A DNA stretch of 64,000 nucleotides from a virus. The notes under the pieces are model-generated. The model made no database searches, was not told where the DNA came from, and saw nothing but the letters and a program-made list of their open reading frames with translations. Positions 44,201-53,495 of the stretch are shown piece after piece (the first letter of the stretch is position 1; each line of letters opens with the position of its first letter). Made by a program: the position numbers and the translations under genes. The stretch spans positions 1 to 64,000 of IMG/VR virus record IMGVR_UViG_3300001202_000057. One strand, 5' to 3'.

Positions 44201-45409
44201 ATACACAATTCCTAAAGCATATACCTCATCTGGCATATAAGAAACTCTTTCAAGATTAGGGTCTTTAGGATTACCTATAACTACTTGATTAGTTGGTCTT
44301 CTATTAAATGTAGGAGCTACTTTAATTTTAGAAGCAAATGATTGAAACGGTGAATAATCTTGAATAGTTTCTATTAAATTAGCTCTTAATAATCTCCCCT
44401 GTACTTGTTCCATCACAGCAGAAGAATCATAAGATAGTGGTTTAATTAGTAAACCAGAATAATCAATTTGCTGATCTCCTCTAGTGACATTAAATCCATC
44501 ATATATAAAACATTCTTTATCTGTGTTAATTGGTATTAATGTACCAATTGTATGTGCATCTGTAGTTACTCCATCACCAGTTATAGCTCTGATGACATTA
44601 ACTCTGATAAAACTTGCTCCCGCAGGTAGGTTAGCAAAACAAACACTAATACTCTTATTAGTAGGCTGAATTCCTCCAAATTGTTCTGTTGCTTGTAAAA
44701 TATTGAATCCCCCATCTATTTGAGTATAATCATCATTAGTAGGATCATCATATATATTTACTGGTAAACTAATATCTGATCTTTGAATTAAGTTTAGATC
44801 TTCATCTAATAGATCAGCAGAGAAGCTGTATTGTCCTAATGGAAGTTCTCCACCAGAATTCAACACTTCAATTTCTTGTATGCAGATAGGTTGATTATCA
44901 GGATTAAAATTCATTTGGTTACAATCCCAACTAAATGCAGTACATTCATCATTTAAAAATTCTTTATAATCATTTAACTGATCTAAATTAATTCTTCTAT
45001 CTGGATTAATCCCATCATTAAAATACAGCACCCTTTCACAACCATGAATTACTCTGTATTCTCCTGTAATAGGATGGTTTCTCTCAAAATTTAAACATGG
45101 TGCTCTTAAAATAGTACTATATTCACAATTTTGAACTTGTCCTATTTCAGACATACCAGCATTAGCATTAACAGAAAAAACATATACAGTGTTGTTATCA
45201 CCGTATATGCTTCCTACTACCCTCTGATTTTCATCCTCAAAAGTATGTGTTACTTCTGTACCTGGCTCAGAAGAATATGTAAATGCATCTCCAATAGAAG
45301 AGTCCCTAACAGCATTAAGAGCTAAAGTTAGAGTATCTTTTTTAGTGTGTAATTCAGAGAAAGTCTGATCTAACCCACCATGTAGCTGCGTTGTTCTATT
45401 TTTCTCCAT
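41252..45409 (-). CDS. 1385-aa large structural (tail/ejection-type) protein with an internal ~48-aa hydrophobic segment
   Basis: The N-terminal region has beta-propeller-like repeats (VLYFNDGINPDRRINL resembles YWTD-type blades) and many Cys. The hydrophobic block ALLQALAIYVATIVAVLLTVATAGAGAVIAPIIIAGAVGITANLVAGLI lies at nt ~42944..43092. Confidence 0.45.
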   Translation of the reverse strand: MEKNRTTQLHGGLDQTFSELHTKKDTLTLALNAVRDSSIGDAFTYSSEPGTEVTHTFEDENQRVVGSIYGDNNTVYVFSVNANAGMSEIGQVQNCEYSTILRAPCLNFERNHPITGEYRVIHGCERVLYFNDGINPDRRINLDQLNDYKEFLNDECTAFSWDCNQMNFNPDNQPICIQEIEVLNSGGELPLGQYSFSADLLDEDLNLIQRSDISLPVNIYDDPTNDDYTQIDGGFNILQATEQFGGIQPTNKSISVCFANLPAGASFIRVNVIRAITGDGVTTDAHTIGTLIPINTDKECFIYDGFNVTRGDQQIDYSGLLIKPLSYDSSAVMEQVQGRLLRANLIETIQDYSPFQSFASKIKVAPTFNRRPTNQVVIGNPKDPNLERVSYMPDEVYALGIVYILDDGTETPVFHIPGRPATAFDKVIVSGSNSQNPYNSDQPHFRVFNSGTETTMGYYECPNNYIEPDKCCTPDYWSTDCDGNSLTGQPIRHHRMPSVTLCDNVQVLGLQITNINYPPGVTGHYIVRAQRNEVDKTVLDQGLIGPMRTEQIEIAKVDYNGIAFGLGTDTVPRSTNHVWMWSPKMAFYNEYISDCYITLNKQHSPGGRTTDIECFRINQTRLGGEKVDAYLLGDVMDFKVCNEPPQTNIVPLSTHLLDPGSFYDLRRTDPQYTGTDIQRVINLSLDNRVQHMMLPNNLQFDAHSIMSVTIKSCKDVYCNLNALTYVKTHNCTSNVNETVINGSRTQTIYGGDIYHSEAKFTDSRIFAFEETPATALLQALAIYVATIVAVLLTVATAGAGAVIAPIIIAGAVGITANLVAGLITHFSDGTYGVFTDEDHYEQCRKDANNNFLNIQGDSWMGLSTRLFSGIHLYSEINTELRHSGTDVCGEYFNGESAQDIINWMIPRFFETIADEDGDDRRHFNLTCPQYYLYNRDYSRHNRDTPYFPINTITYDFCSECQGLFPNRIIYSPQSEDVQLQDRYLRTLAADFIDIPAHRGQITGMKYIGNRLLVHTEQTTFILQPNPQQLRADQTTVFIDTGDFLGIPEIEIRQTDLGYGGSQSRIAYSLNEYGYFWVDQQNGEIFQYTSQLNEISKIGLDQWFKTNLPKSGTNNPGEITSCSSNGITLTYDNRYERLLITKRDTQSCQSWTISYSFKYQSWTSWHSYLPYYYFSDNLYFYSMDCRTATINKHLHECDYHTYYGNKYPFAIEWIQTNEYATEDLQTIHYIAQAKKFDKQHKKWVHCPYTFNKAVIATDCESTGLQNLEYIDQQNNPYQNVIVDADVMTVTPVDDHYKICGIYDFSISQPLCSSNCELLETEDCGFYQNGHGYLDEIPINTEVPTDQYQYKQLDGKYFKTRLIYVPNDEDIKQFFYLSVQNTLPSMR

Positions 45410-45411
45410 TA

Positions 45412-46650
45412 TTAATGTTTATTGCCGTATGGCTTTTTAGTTTTAATATGTTCACCAAAATCTCTGTGGTAATATCTTTCACTAAATTTAGAAGGTATCT
45501 TTAAAATAGCTGTAGTAGCTGTATTCTCTGAGATACTATTAATTAGTGATAGATCAATAGTTCTTTGTGTAAGAGCACCTTTAGCTGCTTTGAGAGCTAT
45601 TTCTGCCTGAGATAATAATCTGTCAGACATACTAAATGCATGTTCTTCTTTAACAAATGCTCTACCTAACCAGTGCATATATAGTGTCCACAATCTTAAC
45701 CAATGCCTCACTTTGGGATGATCTATAATCATAAAATCTCCATCCTCATCTTTAAGCTCTTCTTCATAATTAAGACAGATAAATCCCTCTTCACAAGAAG
45801 TAATAATTTGTTGTGTGATTGGATTAATTGAAAATGTATCTTCACACTGTACTTGTTTATTAGGACAACCATCACACAAAAATTCTGTAGAATTTCCTAC
45901 ATATTTAAGTGGTACATTACAGTTATTATAGAACTCACTATTTAAAACAAATTGGTAGGTTAATGGTAACTTACAAACTCTGTTCATCCTGTGATTAGCT
46001 CTGTCTTGACAACAACTATAAAAACTATACCCAGGATTTTCTACTTCTTCTGTCCCACAACCACAACTAAAAGTTTCATCATTAAATACACTAGAAGCAG
46101 CACAATCTATAGGAGATCCAAATATGGACATACAATCTGCAGAATTTAAGCAATCTACATTTACTCCAAATACTGATTGACAATCATCATCTGTATTTAT
46201 AACTGTAGTGGTTCCCGGTACATAATGTACTTTAAAACCTTGTTTAGGTACACTAGAAGGCACTGTTAAAATAGATTCTTCTGTATATGGACTATTATGA
46301 CATTTACATCCACAATTATTGTGACACTTATTACATCCACAATCAATTTTAGGTGGAGACATAATAGGTGGTTTAGGAATTTTTAAATTACATAATAAAG
46401 AACAAGATTCTTTTTCTGTTAAATCATTTTCAAAGTATGTTACTACATTAATCTTACAAAGCCCTTTAGGCATTTCTACTTTATGTGAATTAATAGGTAG
46501 AATTACAATCTTATTTATATATCTCTGAGATATATTCAATCTTCTATATGCATCTAAAGCATATGTAAGAAGATCTAAATCATCTTCATTCTCCCTAATA
46601 GTTTTAGGTATGAAGTTTAAGATGTGTTTTAACTTAGTATATTTCAGCAT
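45412..46650 (-). CDS. 412-aa Cys-rich structural protein (function unknown)
   Basis: Contains CGCNKCHNNCGCKCHN and many further Cys. Its start overlaps the stop of the upstream gene by 1 nt (46650). Confidence 0.45.
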   Translation of the reverse strand: MLKYTKLKHILNFIPKTIRENEDDLDLLTYALDAYRRLNISQRYINKIVILPINSHKVEMPKGLCKINVVTYFENDLTEKESCSLLCNLKIPKPPIMSPPKIDCGCNKCHNNCGCKCHNSPYTEESILTVPSSVPKQGFKVHYVPGTTTVINTDDDCQSVFGVNVDCLNSADCMSIFGSPIDCAASSVFNDETFSCGCGTEEVENPGYSFYSCCQDRANHRMNRVCKLPLTYQFVLNSEFYNNCNVPLKYVGNSTEFLCDGCPNKQVQCEDTFSINPITQQIITSCEEGFICLNYEEELKDEDGDFMIIDHPKVRHWLRLWTLYMHWLGRAFVKEEHAFSMSDRLLSQAEIALKAAKGALTQRTIDLSLINSISENTATTAILKIPSKFSERYYHRDFGEHIKTKKPYGNKH

Positions 46651-47141
46651 TATTTAGTATTGTTATATTTGTTCATTCTATTGAAGTCTTCTCTAAGGAA
46701 TTCTCCTTTTAGTTTATTGAACGTTGATAAAGTCTTAAAAGACCAATGATTTTTATAAAGTAATTTACAACCTTTATACCGCTTTTTCCACTTTAAAACA
46801 GATTTAAAATTACCTGTTTGTGGATTCTTCTTATATACATGTTTGCCAGCTTTTTTAGTAGCTGGCCAATCTATAAATCTACCTTTGTATTTTTCAAATA
46901 CTATCTTACCCATAAATTTAGGTAATGTAAAAGTATATCCATGTAATAGTAGCATCATTAAATGCTTAAGATAGGTTTTTATAATCAATTTATATTCTTG
47001 TTTAGTACAAGAATATCTGTGATTACATTTAAGTTTCTCTTTTGGTATATATGGATTTATAGGTATTGTTGATGATTCTACATCATAACAAGGATACATA
47101 TACTGTCCATAAAAGTCATTTAATGATGTTAATTTAGCCAT
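46650..47141 (-). CDS. Basic HU/IHF-like DNA-binding protein (tentative)
   Basis: LLHGYTFTLPKFMGKIVFEKYKGRF...KKNPQTGNFKSVLKWKK resembles the HU/IHF pattern G..v.l.gfG.f....r.gRNP.TGe.i.i. Confidence 0.4.
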   Translation of the reverse strand: MAKLTSLNDFYGQYMYPCYDVESSTIPINPYIPKEKLKCNHRYSCTKQEYKLIIKTYLKHLMMLLLHGYTFTLPKFMGKIVFEKYKGRFIDWPATKKAGKHVYKKNPQTGNFKSVLKWKKRYKGCKLLYKNHWSFKTLSTFNKLKGEFLREDFNRMNKYNNTK

Positions 47142-47280
47142 AAACTCTAGGTTTTCTATGCTTATTACAATGTTTACATTTTAATACTATAAGACCTCTA
47201 GTTGACCTAGGCTTATAATTTTTACAAGTACAATACTTAGGGTTTATAAATCCAGATTTAAATCTTTTAGACATTAACAT
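47134..47280 (-). CDS. Unlisted 48-aa basic zinc-ribbon-like ORF
   Basis: Hand translation gives MLMSKRFKSGFINPKYCTCKNYKPRSTRGLIVLKCKHCNKHRKPRVYG*. Its ATG shares the A of the upstream TAA (TAATG at 47282..47278). Its stop (47136..47134) lies just inside the next gene, whose ATG is at 47141..47139. It has the CxC...CxxC arrangement. Confidence 0.45.
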   Translation of the reverse strand: MLMSKRFKSGFINPKYCTCKNYKPRSTRGLIVLKCKHCNKHRKPRVYG

Positions 47281-47975
47281 TATACTTTAATTTCTTCTTG
47301 TGAATCATTAGTTCTATCAGGTAGTACTGATAGAGGTATTCTAAGTAGATTGAGGACCATATTAAGTATATCATAATGCATATCTTCATCTACATCAACT
47401 TCCATCTCATATACATCTACACAACTATTACTGGCCTGTAAATTAGGCTCTTGATCTTCTTCACAGTTATTATCACAATATTGTATGTTTTCCCAATCAG
47501 TTAAATTTCCCCACACAGCAGTAAGAAGTACTGCTGCCACTTTTTTAGTATTCCATAGGATTAAATTTCCATTGACAATAGAGTATGAAGGTTTATTAAC
47601 TTTCAGCTCATTAGTAGCTACTATATCTGCATCTGCCTCATCTAATTCATTTAATAATGTACCATCTAGTAATTGTACTCTAAGAGTTGATTTATTTCTA
47701 GAAGATAAAAATGTAGGTATTTCAACACAAGAAGCTAGTACTTTACAGCCAACTGTAATACAACCACAATCATGTGATAATTTTTCTGAAAGACCAATAC
47801 AAAAAGTTCTCCGATTAAGAGGGGAAATAGCTTTAAATTTATCTAATCTTTGTTTTAGTAATTTAGCCTTAGTAACATTGTATAATTCCCAAGCTAGTGC
47901 TGGAGTATAATGAGACTCATTAGAGTGCTCTTTAATAAGATTAGTTACTAATGCTACTGCTGTTGAAACTTTCAT
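47280..47975 (-). CDS. Hypothetical 231-aa protein
   Basis: An ORF in the co-directional array with an acidic C-terminal half. No motif recognised. Confidence 0.45.
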   Translation of the reverse strand: MKVSTAVALVTNLIKEHSNESHYTPALAWELYNVTKAKLLKQRLDKFKAISPLNRRTFCIGLSEKLSHDCGCITVGCKVLASCVEIPTFLSSRNKSTLRVQLLDGTLLNELDEADADIVATNELKVNKPSYSIVNGNLILWNTKKVAAVLLTAVWGNLTDWENIQYCDNNCEEDQEPNLQASNSCVDVYEMEVDVDEDMHYDILNMVLNLLRIPLSVLPDRTNDSQEEIKV

Positions 47976-48095
47976 TAATTAAGATATATTTCACCAATTA
48001 CTGAGTTGTATTCTCCATCTGTTAGGAAAAATTCTATTGGTGCTGTTATAGTGAAAAAGTCAACTCCGTAATTACAGTGGTTGACTTCAAAAGTT

Positions 48096-48893
48096 CTAAA
48101 TGATTGACTTCTTATTGGATTGAAGGGTGTATAATTCATGTACTTCATCTTTTAAATATGCTAAATCAATTATCCTATATGATTCATTATTAGCATTAAG
48201 CCAAACTATTTTACTTGTACCAAGTTTTATTGAGGTATATTTTTCAAGTAAATATCTATACAAGGATATTTGTAAACAGTACTTATTGTATTCACAATAT
48301 TCTAAATGTGATATAGGATCAAAGAAGTACTTATCATACCTAGTGGTAAAATCTATCTTCTTATCTGTTTTATAATCTATTATTAAATACTCTTTAGTTG
48401 TTGAATCCCAAAATAACCCATCTACTTGTCCAGCTATAACTTCATCACCTACTACAAGTTCCATTTTAATAGGAACTAAATTTGGATGGTGATATACAAA
48501 GGCTTTAGCGTGATTTAAACAAGCAGTTAATTGAGAGGAGTAGTGAGCTTTTAAAGTAGTGGATAATCTTTCCCACACATGAGGAAGAGGTTGTCTGAGC
48601 ACTTTTCTGTTAAATCTGTTTTCAAGATAGTTATGAGTATCAGATCCTTTACTAGTGCCAAAGTCTCTTTTGAGATCCCACACAGTTTGTAGCTCTGAGG
48701 GAGCTACATTTAACTGTTGGGCTTTTATCTCTAACATCTCCGGTGGAAATGGTGGTGAGTATATTCCTAAAGTCTGGGTTACTGACTTTATATATTTTTG
48801 AGTGTTGGTATTAAGATACACGTGGCTTCTTCCTTTATAATGATCTAAGAACACTATATTGGAAAAAGCTTTGTGTATTTCATATAACAACAT
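48096..48893 (-). CDS. RecB-family PD-(D/E)XK exonuclease
   Basis: GQVDGLFWD ... YLIIDYKTDKK (D-x-K) ... YCLQISLYRYLL (QxxxY). Confidence 0.6.
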   Translation of the reverse strand: MLLYEIHKAFSNIVFLDHYKGRSHVYLNTNTQKYIKSVTQTLGIYSPPFPPEMLEIKAQQLNVAPSELQTVWDLKRDFGTSKGSDTHNYLENRFNRKVLRQPLPHVWERLSTTLKAHYSSQLTACLNHAKAFVYHHPNLVPIKMELVVGDEVIAGQVDGLFWDSTTKEYLIIDYKTDKKIDFTTRYDKYFFDPISHLEYCEYNKYCLQISLYRYLLEKYTSIKLGTSKIVWLNANNESYRIIDLAYLKDEVHELYTLQSNKKSII

Positions 48894-49328
48894 TTAAACT
48901 ATTATTTTAGTATAGACACCAGGAACTAAATCTTTATTTTGTTCTCTTCTGTATCTAAGAGTATCATATTTAATTCCTGTAATCTCTGATAATTCTGCCA
49001 TACAAATAATTTTATTTTTATATAATATTTTTATATTTGCAGATGTGTTTCTATTCTGTTGAAGAGTAGTTGCCCATCTACAATTATTAGGTTGATAATC
49101 ACCATTTGAATTAATTCTATCTAATGATAACCCTTTTATCCAATTTGGGTACATGTCTTTTGCAAAAGCTTCAAAATTATTTAACCACTTATTACAAACT
49201 TTAATGCCCCTACCTCCGTATCTATAATATCTAGGAGATGTTTTTCTATAACATCTAGCTTTCATATTGTCCCAATGACTATACAAAGGATGTTTTCTAG
49301 ATGGATAACCGTGTATAATTTTAGCCAT
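48894..49328 (-). CDS. HNH-type homing endonuclease (free-standing)
   Basis: YSHWDNMKARCY...YGGRGIKVCNKW and SLDRINSNGDYQPNNCRWATTLQQNRN are typical of a phage HNH endonuclease family. The gene abuts both neighbours with no gap. Confidence 0.6.
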   Translation of the reverse strand: MAKIIHGYPSRKHPLYSHWDNMKARCYRKTSPRYYRYGGRGIKVCNKWLNNFEAFAKDMYPNWIKGLSLDRINSNGDYQPNNCRWATTLQQNRNTSANIKILYKNKIICMAELSEITGIKYDTLRYRREQNKDLVPGVYTKIIV

Positions 49329-50593
49329 TAAGATTTTATATTAATCTGTTGTTCTCCAATAACTCCTGCTGAACTGTGAAACATAGTTCCTATAACTCTT
49401 CTACGATGTTTATATCCAGAATTTTCTTCCCACTTACTATTTCCAGCAGGACTGGGCATATGTTTAATTTGAATTCCTCTAACTTCATCTTGCATTCTTT
49501 TATGTAAATGGGCTAAATTTATTACTTTGTGTTCACAAGAGGCAAATTCTTCTGGAAAAGTAGTTGCAAATATTAATGGAAAATCTCCAATTTTAACTTT
49601 ATCTCCATGATGATAACCTATAAAATTTGATCCATATTGATGTAATTTAAAAGGGCTTTCAGAATTATCTACATAAACATTTTTATTATTATGAAAATAA
49701 GCCGACACAACATCTGCTACATAAAAAGATCTATAATAGTCATGATTACCTCTAACCATAATTACATATACAGGAGCTATAGTTTCTAAATATTTTATAG
49801 CTTCTACTAACATAGTCCAAGCTGTTCTAAAAGTTTGTTCTAAAGAATCTACGTCTTTTTGTGGAGTACCTCTAGTAGTAGAGGTATATCCCCCTGGAGT
49901 TAATGTATCACTATTAAGTAAATCTCCACCAATAGAAAGTATAATTCTTTCTATGTTATAATTATTTTTTACTCTCCCAATTAGGTCTGAAACAAGACTT
50001 AAATATAAAGTTTTAGTCTCATTACCACCTTGTCTACCTATATGTAAGTCAGATAAATTTAATTCATAAGCTATAGTAGGTTTATTAGGATTTATTTCAG
50101 AAATTGACGTAGGATTTACGTTTGGAGCAAGATTTTTAATATCTTCTATAAGATTTTTTCTAAATTCATTTAACTTATTTTCACTATCAATTTTTTTATC
50201 AGCAGCAAAACTGTATAACCATTTTCCAGAAGCCCCTTGCCATTTTTTAGAAATCTTCATACCTTCAGGCACTTCTATTTCTAAATTTGTCTCAGAATTC
50301 TTTTTAGACACTCTCATGCCATCAGGGATATCAGCTGGACTTACTTCTTTAACTTTAGGTAAAATTCCTTGAGAAGCTCCAAAAGGACTACATCCAGTTG
50401 TTGCACAATCTGGTGTACAACTAAATTTTTCACACTTCCTTTGATAAGCTCTCCAGATATCATTAGTAGCTTTAGCTCTTTTAATATCTGATTTATTTGG
50501 TTTAATATCAAATCTATTGGCTAAATCTAACCAAGTTAAAGTACCTTTCCCATTATTTACAAGAAAGTCAATTAGTAATTCTTTATTACTCAT
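49328..50593 (-). CDS. Metallophosphoesterase with an N-terminal extra domain
   Basis: LSDLHIGRQG, IGGDLLNSD, MVRGNHDY, GYHHGD and NLAHLH follow the order of the calcineurin-like phosphoesterase motifs. Confidence 0.65.
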   Translation of the reverse strand: MSNKELLIDFLVNNGKGTLTWLDLANRFDIKPNKSDIKRAKATNDIWRAYQRKCEKFSCTPDCATTGCSPFGASQGILPKVKEVSPADIPDGMRVSKKNSETNLEIEVPEGMKISKKWQGASGKWLYSFAADKKIDSENKLNEFRKNLIEDIKNLAPNVNPTSISEINPNKPTIAYELNLSDLHIGRQGGNETKTLYLSLVSDLIGRVKNNYNIERIILSIGGDLLNSDTLTPGGYTSTTRGTPQKDVDSLEQTFRTAWTMLVEAIKYLETIAPVYVIMVRGNHDYYRSFYVADVVSAYFHNNKNVYVDNSESPFKLHQYGSNFIGYHHGDKVKIGDFPLIFATTFPEEFASCEHKVINLAHLHKRMQDEVRGIQIKHMPSPAGNSKWEENSGYKHRRRVIGTMFHSSAGVIGEQQINIKS

Positions 50594-50685
50594 ATTATTT
50601 TTTAGTTTTTATAATGTTGTTAATTATGTCTGTAAGTTACAACCTTTCTGGAGATTAAGGTCTAGTTATTTACAATAAAATGAAT

Positions 50686-50719
50686 AAAAGTCCCAAATTA
50701 ATTAAAATAAGGGACTTTT
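50686..50719 (-). terminator. Rho-independent terminator downstream of the 50744..51199 gene
   Basis: aaaagtccc (50686..50694) pairs with gggactttt (50711..50719). On the - strand the hairpin is followed by a T-rich run (ttttattcatttta). Confidence 0.55.
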
Positions 50720-50743
50720 AATAATAAATTTATAAGAAAATAT

Positions 50744-51199
50744 CTAAAGAGTACTATATATAAATTCAGCCATTTTTATTTCACTAGTATTACCTACACC
50801 TCCAAGATGTTGATATATTTGTGTGGTAGAAAAATTATTTTTACCAGTTGAAGTTTTATAGTACCTAGAAGCTATATATTTTGCATTTGTAGCATTATCT
50901 CTTAAAAACTGTATTTCAGTATCAATTGCTGAAGTATCTCCCCCTAAAGCTCTTAAACCATCTTCAACGGAGACTAAATTTTTTTTTAGTAAATTGACTT
51001 CACTTAAAAGATCTTCATTAGTTTTTTCAAGATTGTCTATTTTATCAATAAATATTTTAAATCTTTCTACTATTTTTTGTGTATCTTTTGAAGATTTAGA
51101 TATATTACTAATCATATTGTCATATTCTTCTGCTAGAAGAAGGTAACAATCAATTATAGTTCCATCATCTTGTGGATATGGATATGGGATGACTTTCAT
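50744..51199 (-). CDS. Hypothetical 151-aa coiled-coil protein
   Basis: An ORF with a heptad-like central region (IDKIDNLEKTNEDLLSEVNLLKKNL). Confidence 0.4.
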   Translation of the reverse strand: MKVIPYPYPQDDGTIIDCYLLLAEEYDNMISNISKSSKDTQKIVERFKIFIDKIDNLEKTNEDLLSEVNLLKKNLVSVEDGLRALGGDTSAIDTEIQFLRDNATNAKYIASRYYKTSTGKNNFSTTQIYQHLGGVGNTSEIKMAEFIYSTL

Positions 51200-51210
51200 A
51201 ATATAATATT

Positions 51211-52860
51211 TTATATAGGTGCAGGAGTTAAATAATTAAGTTCTTCAACCATTTCAATACTTATTTGTCCATAAGTTACATTTAATATATCTGTTTGTGT
51301 AGAACCTCTTTGAGATCTAATACTCCAAACATCACCAGCAGATGGTGATCCATCAAAATAAACTATAGTATTAGATGAACTTGCATGATCATTTGCGTGT
51401 CTTTGATATGCTGAACCAGCTTGAGTTACTGGAACTCCATTTTTTAGTAATTGTATTTCAGGAGCAATCCTTTGATATGCAGGACTATCTATAGGTCCAA
51501 AATCATAATAAGCATGAACGTGAATTTTAGCATATTCAGGAGTGATAGTCTCACTCTGAACTATACCAGTCCATGTAACTTCATCATTAGCTAAAGTCCA
51601 TCCTGTATTAGTTGTTATAGGAGTTAGTGTAAGTTTTACATCGTCTGCATTACCATTTCCAGAAATATCATAAGCAGTAATATAAGTATTAGATGCCTTA
51701 CGTACTGGAAAAGTATCTGCTCCTACTATAGTATTGCCATTTTCTGTAACACTTACTCTTACTATATTAAGTTGAGTAGTTACATCTACAGCAGATACAT
51801 CAGTATCAGATGAACTTCCTATAGTTGCAGGATCAACCTCAATTATGTCTCCTGTTGCTGTAGTACCTAAAAGTCTAGTTGGAGTAGCATCAAATGTACC
51901 TTGTCCATATTGAGGAAATCTATGTTGACCAGTGGCCATATTATACCCATGTATTTCTCCCCATACAATAGGATCACCTGCTGGGAGTCTATCTGCTCCT
52001 CTTATAATATACCAAGGACTAGAAGCTGTGTATAATTCATGTAAAGCATATCCAAAATCTAAATAAGTAGGTGCAGTACCCCCTTCTGTATTCCAGTACT
52101 TGTGAAAATTACCTGTACCATCATTAGAATTTTGTATATAAGCAGAAGGAAGGCCAGTAGTTCCTAATGACGCTGTAAAATCTTGTCTAAATTCAACAAG
52201 ACTATTTACATTTACACCTCCAAGATGTAATTGAGCTAAAGGTTGTATTACACCAATACCAACATTACCTGCATCATACTTTATATCTGTAGATCCTTGA
52301 GTTGCAAAATTATTACTATTTGCATTATCCCAAGGAGAAGCAGTATTTGGAATAACAATAGTACCACTACTAACAACTCCATTAGAAGTAGTATGTGTGA
52401 TATTATGTGTAACAGTACCATCAAGATCTAGTGTAGTTATAATAGAAAAACTTCCTTGATCTATAATAACAGGTGGTGCTGGTATATTAATTACAACATC
52501 TTTTGTTGCACCAGTAGAGCTAATATGAGTAAGAGTTATTGTTTCATCACCATTACCAGTAAAAACACTATTACTAGTAAGATCACCTTGATCTGCAGGT
52601 ATTAAGTTTGATAAATCAATAATTACATTTGCATCTGCAAAAACAGTACTAGTATTATTGTTATGATATAACCCAATACTATTTGATAGGGGATCAAAAG
52701 ACCCCCTATCAATATAAATATCATTAGAACTCAAAGTACCATTTGGAGCAATATTAAGGTTATTACCAAGTTTTAATCTAATTTTACCTGGAGTAATAGC
52801 TCCAGTAGTTTCAAATTCTGGTCCTAACTCACTAGATATTACTATTTTTTCATTTGCCAT
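51211..52860 (-). CDS. Tail-fibre-like protein (549 aa)
   Basis: Gly/Thr/Ser/Asn-rich composition. The N-terminus MANEKIVISSELGPEFETTG is paralogous to MAQNIILSTELGQEFLIG of 53496..54050. Confidence 0.5.
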   Translation of the reverse strand: MANEKIVISSELGPEFETTGAITPGKIRLKLGNNLNIAPNGTLSSNDIYIDRGSFDPLSNSIGLYHNNNTSTVFADANVIIDLSNLIPADQGDLTSNSVFTGNGDETITLTHISSTGATKDVVINIPAPPVIIDQGSFSIITTLDLDGTVTHNITHTTSNGVVSSGTIVIPNTASPWDNANSNNFATQGSTDIKYDAGNVGIGVIQPLAQLHLGGVNVNSLVEFRQDFTASLGTTGLPSAYIQNSNDGTGNFHKYWNTEGGTAPTYLDFGYALHELYTASSPWYIIRGADRLPAGDPIVWGEIHGYNMATGQHRFPQYGQGTFDATPTRLLGTTATGDIIEVDPATIGSSSDTDVSAVDVTTQLNIVRVSVTENGNTIVGADTFPVRKASNTYITAYDISGNGNADDVKLTLTPITTNTGWTLANDEVTWTGIVQSETITPEYAKIHVHAYYDFGPIDSPAYQRIAPEIQLLKNGVPVTQAGSAYQRHANDHASSSNTIVYFDGSPSAGDVWSIRSQRGSTQTDILNVTYGQISIEMVEELNYLTPAPI

Positions 52861-53485
52861 TTTTAATTAATTTTAATGTTTCTGCTCTTTGGTATGCCTT
52901 ACGTATAGTAGACATTTTAAACCCTAAAATTTCAGAACATTGTTTCCAAGTATTGCCTAGATTTCTAGTTTCAAAACATTTTAGATCATCTTCTGCAGTA
53001 AGTCTAATTTTTTTATTTTTATTTACAAAATCTACTAAATAATCTGGTACATCTATATATAAGTAATTTTTTCTAGCTAATACTTGTTGTACAATATTTC
53101 TAGTAATATTTTTAAATTCACTTATTTTTAAAGGTTTAAATCCTGCTTTACTAAGTTTAAATATATCTAATATATCTTCCTTAGTTAAGCTTCCTCCATG
53201 ACCCCCTGTTGCACACCTGTTAATATTATAATGACATTTGTAATTATCTAAGTAATATTGTTCCTTGAACCTACAATACTCAGGTTCAAGAAACTCTATT
53301 ATTTCAAATTTAAAGTTATCAACACCATATTTATTGTAAGAATTTTGCAAATAATTATTCTTATGAATATTATTTTCTAATTTATTTTTATGGTGCTGTA
53401 ATCTTTTTTTTAAACTAGATATAGAACTGCCAATATAAAATTTATTATTTTTTAAATTAGTTATTTTATATATTCCAGTATTCAT
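52850..53485 (-). CDS. GIY-YIG homing endonuclease (free-standing, I-TevI/Seg-like)
   Basis: GIYKITNLKNNKFYIGSS, KKRLQHHKNKL, NxxLQNSYNKYG and FKFEIIE. Its last 11 nt overlap the ATG region of the fibre gene downstream. Confidence 0.85.
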   Translation of the reverse strand: MNTGIYKITNLKNNKFYIGSSISSLKKRLQHHKNKLENNIHKNNYLQNSYNKYGVDNFKFEIIEFLEPEYCRFKEQYYLDNYKCHYNINRCATGGHGGSLTKEDILDIFKLSKAGFKPLKISEFKNITRNIVQQVLARKNYLYIDVPDYLVDFVNKNKKIRLTAEDDLKCFETRNLGNTWKQCSEILGFKMSTIRKAYQRAETLKLIKNGK

Positions 53486-53495
53486 TTATAATTTT

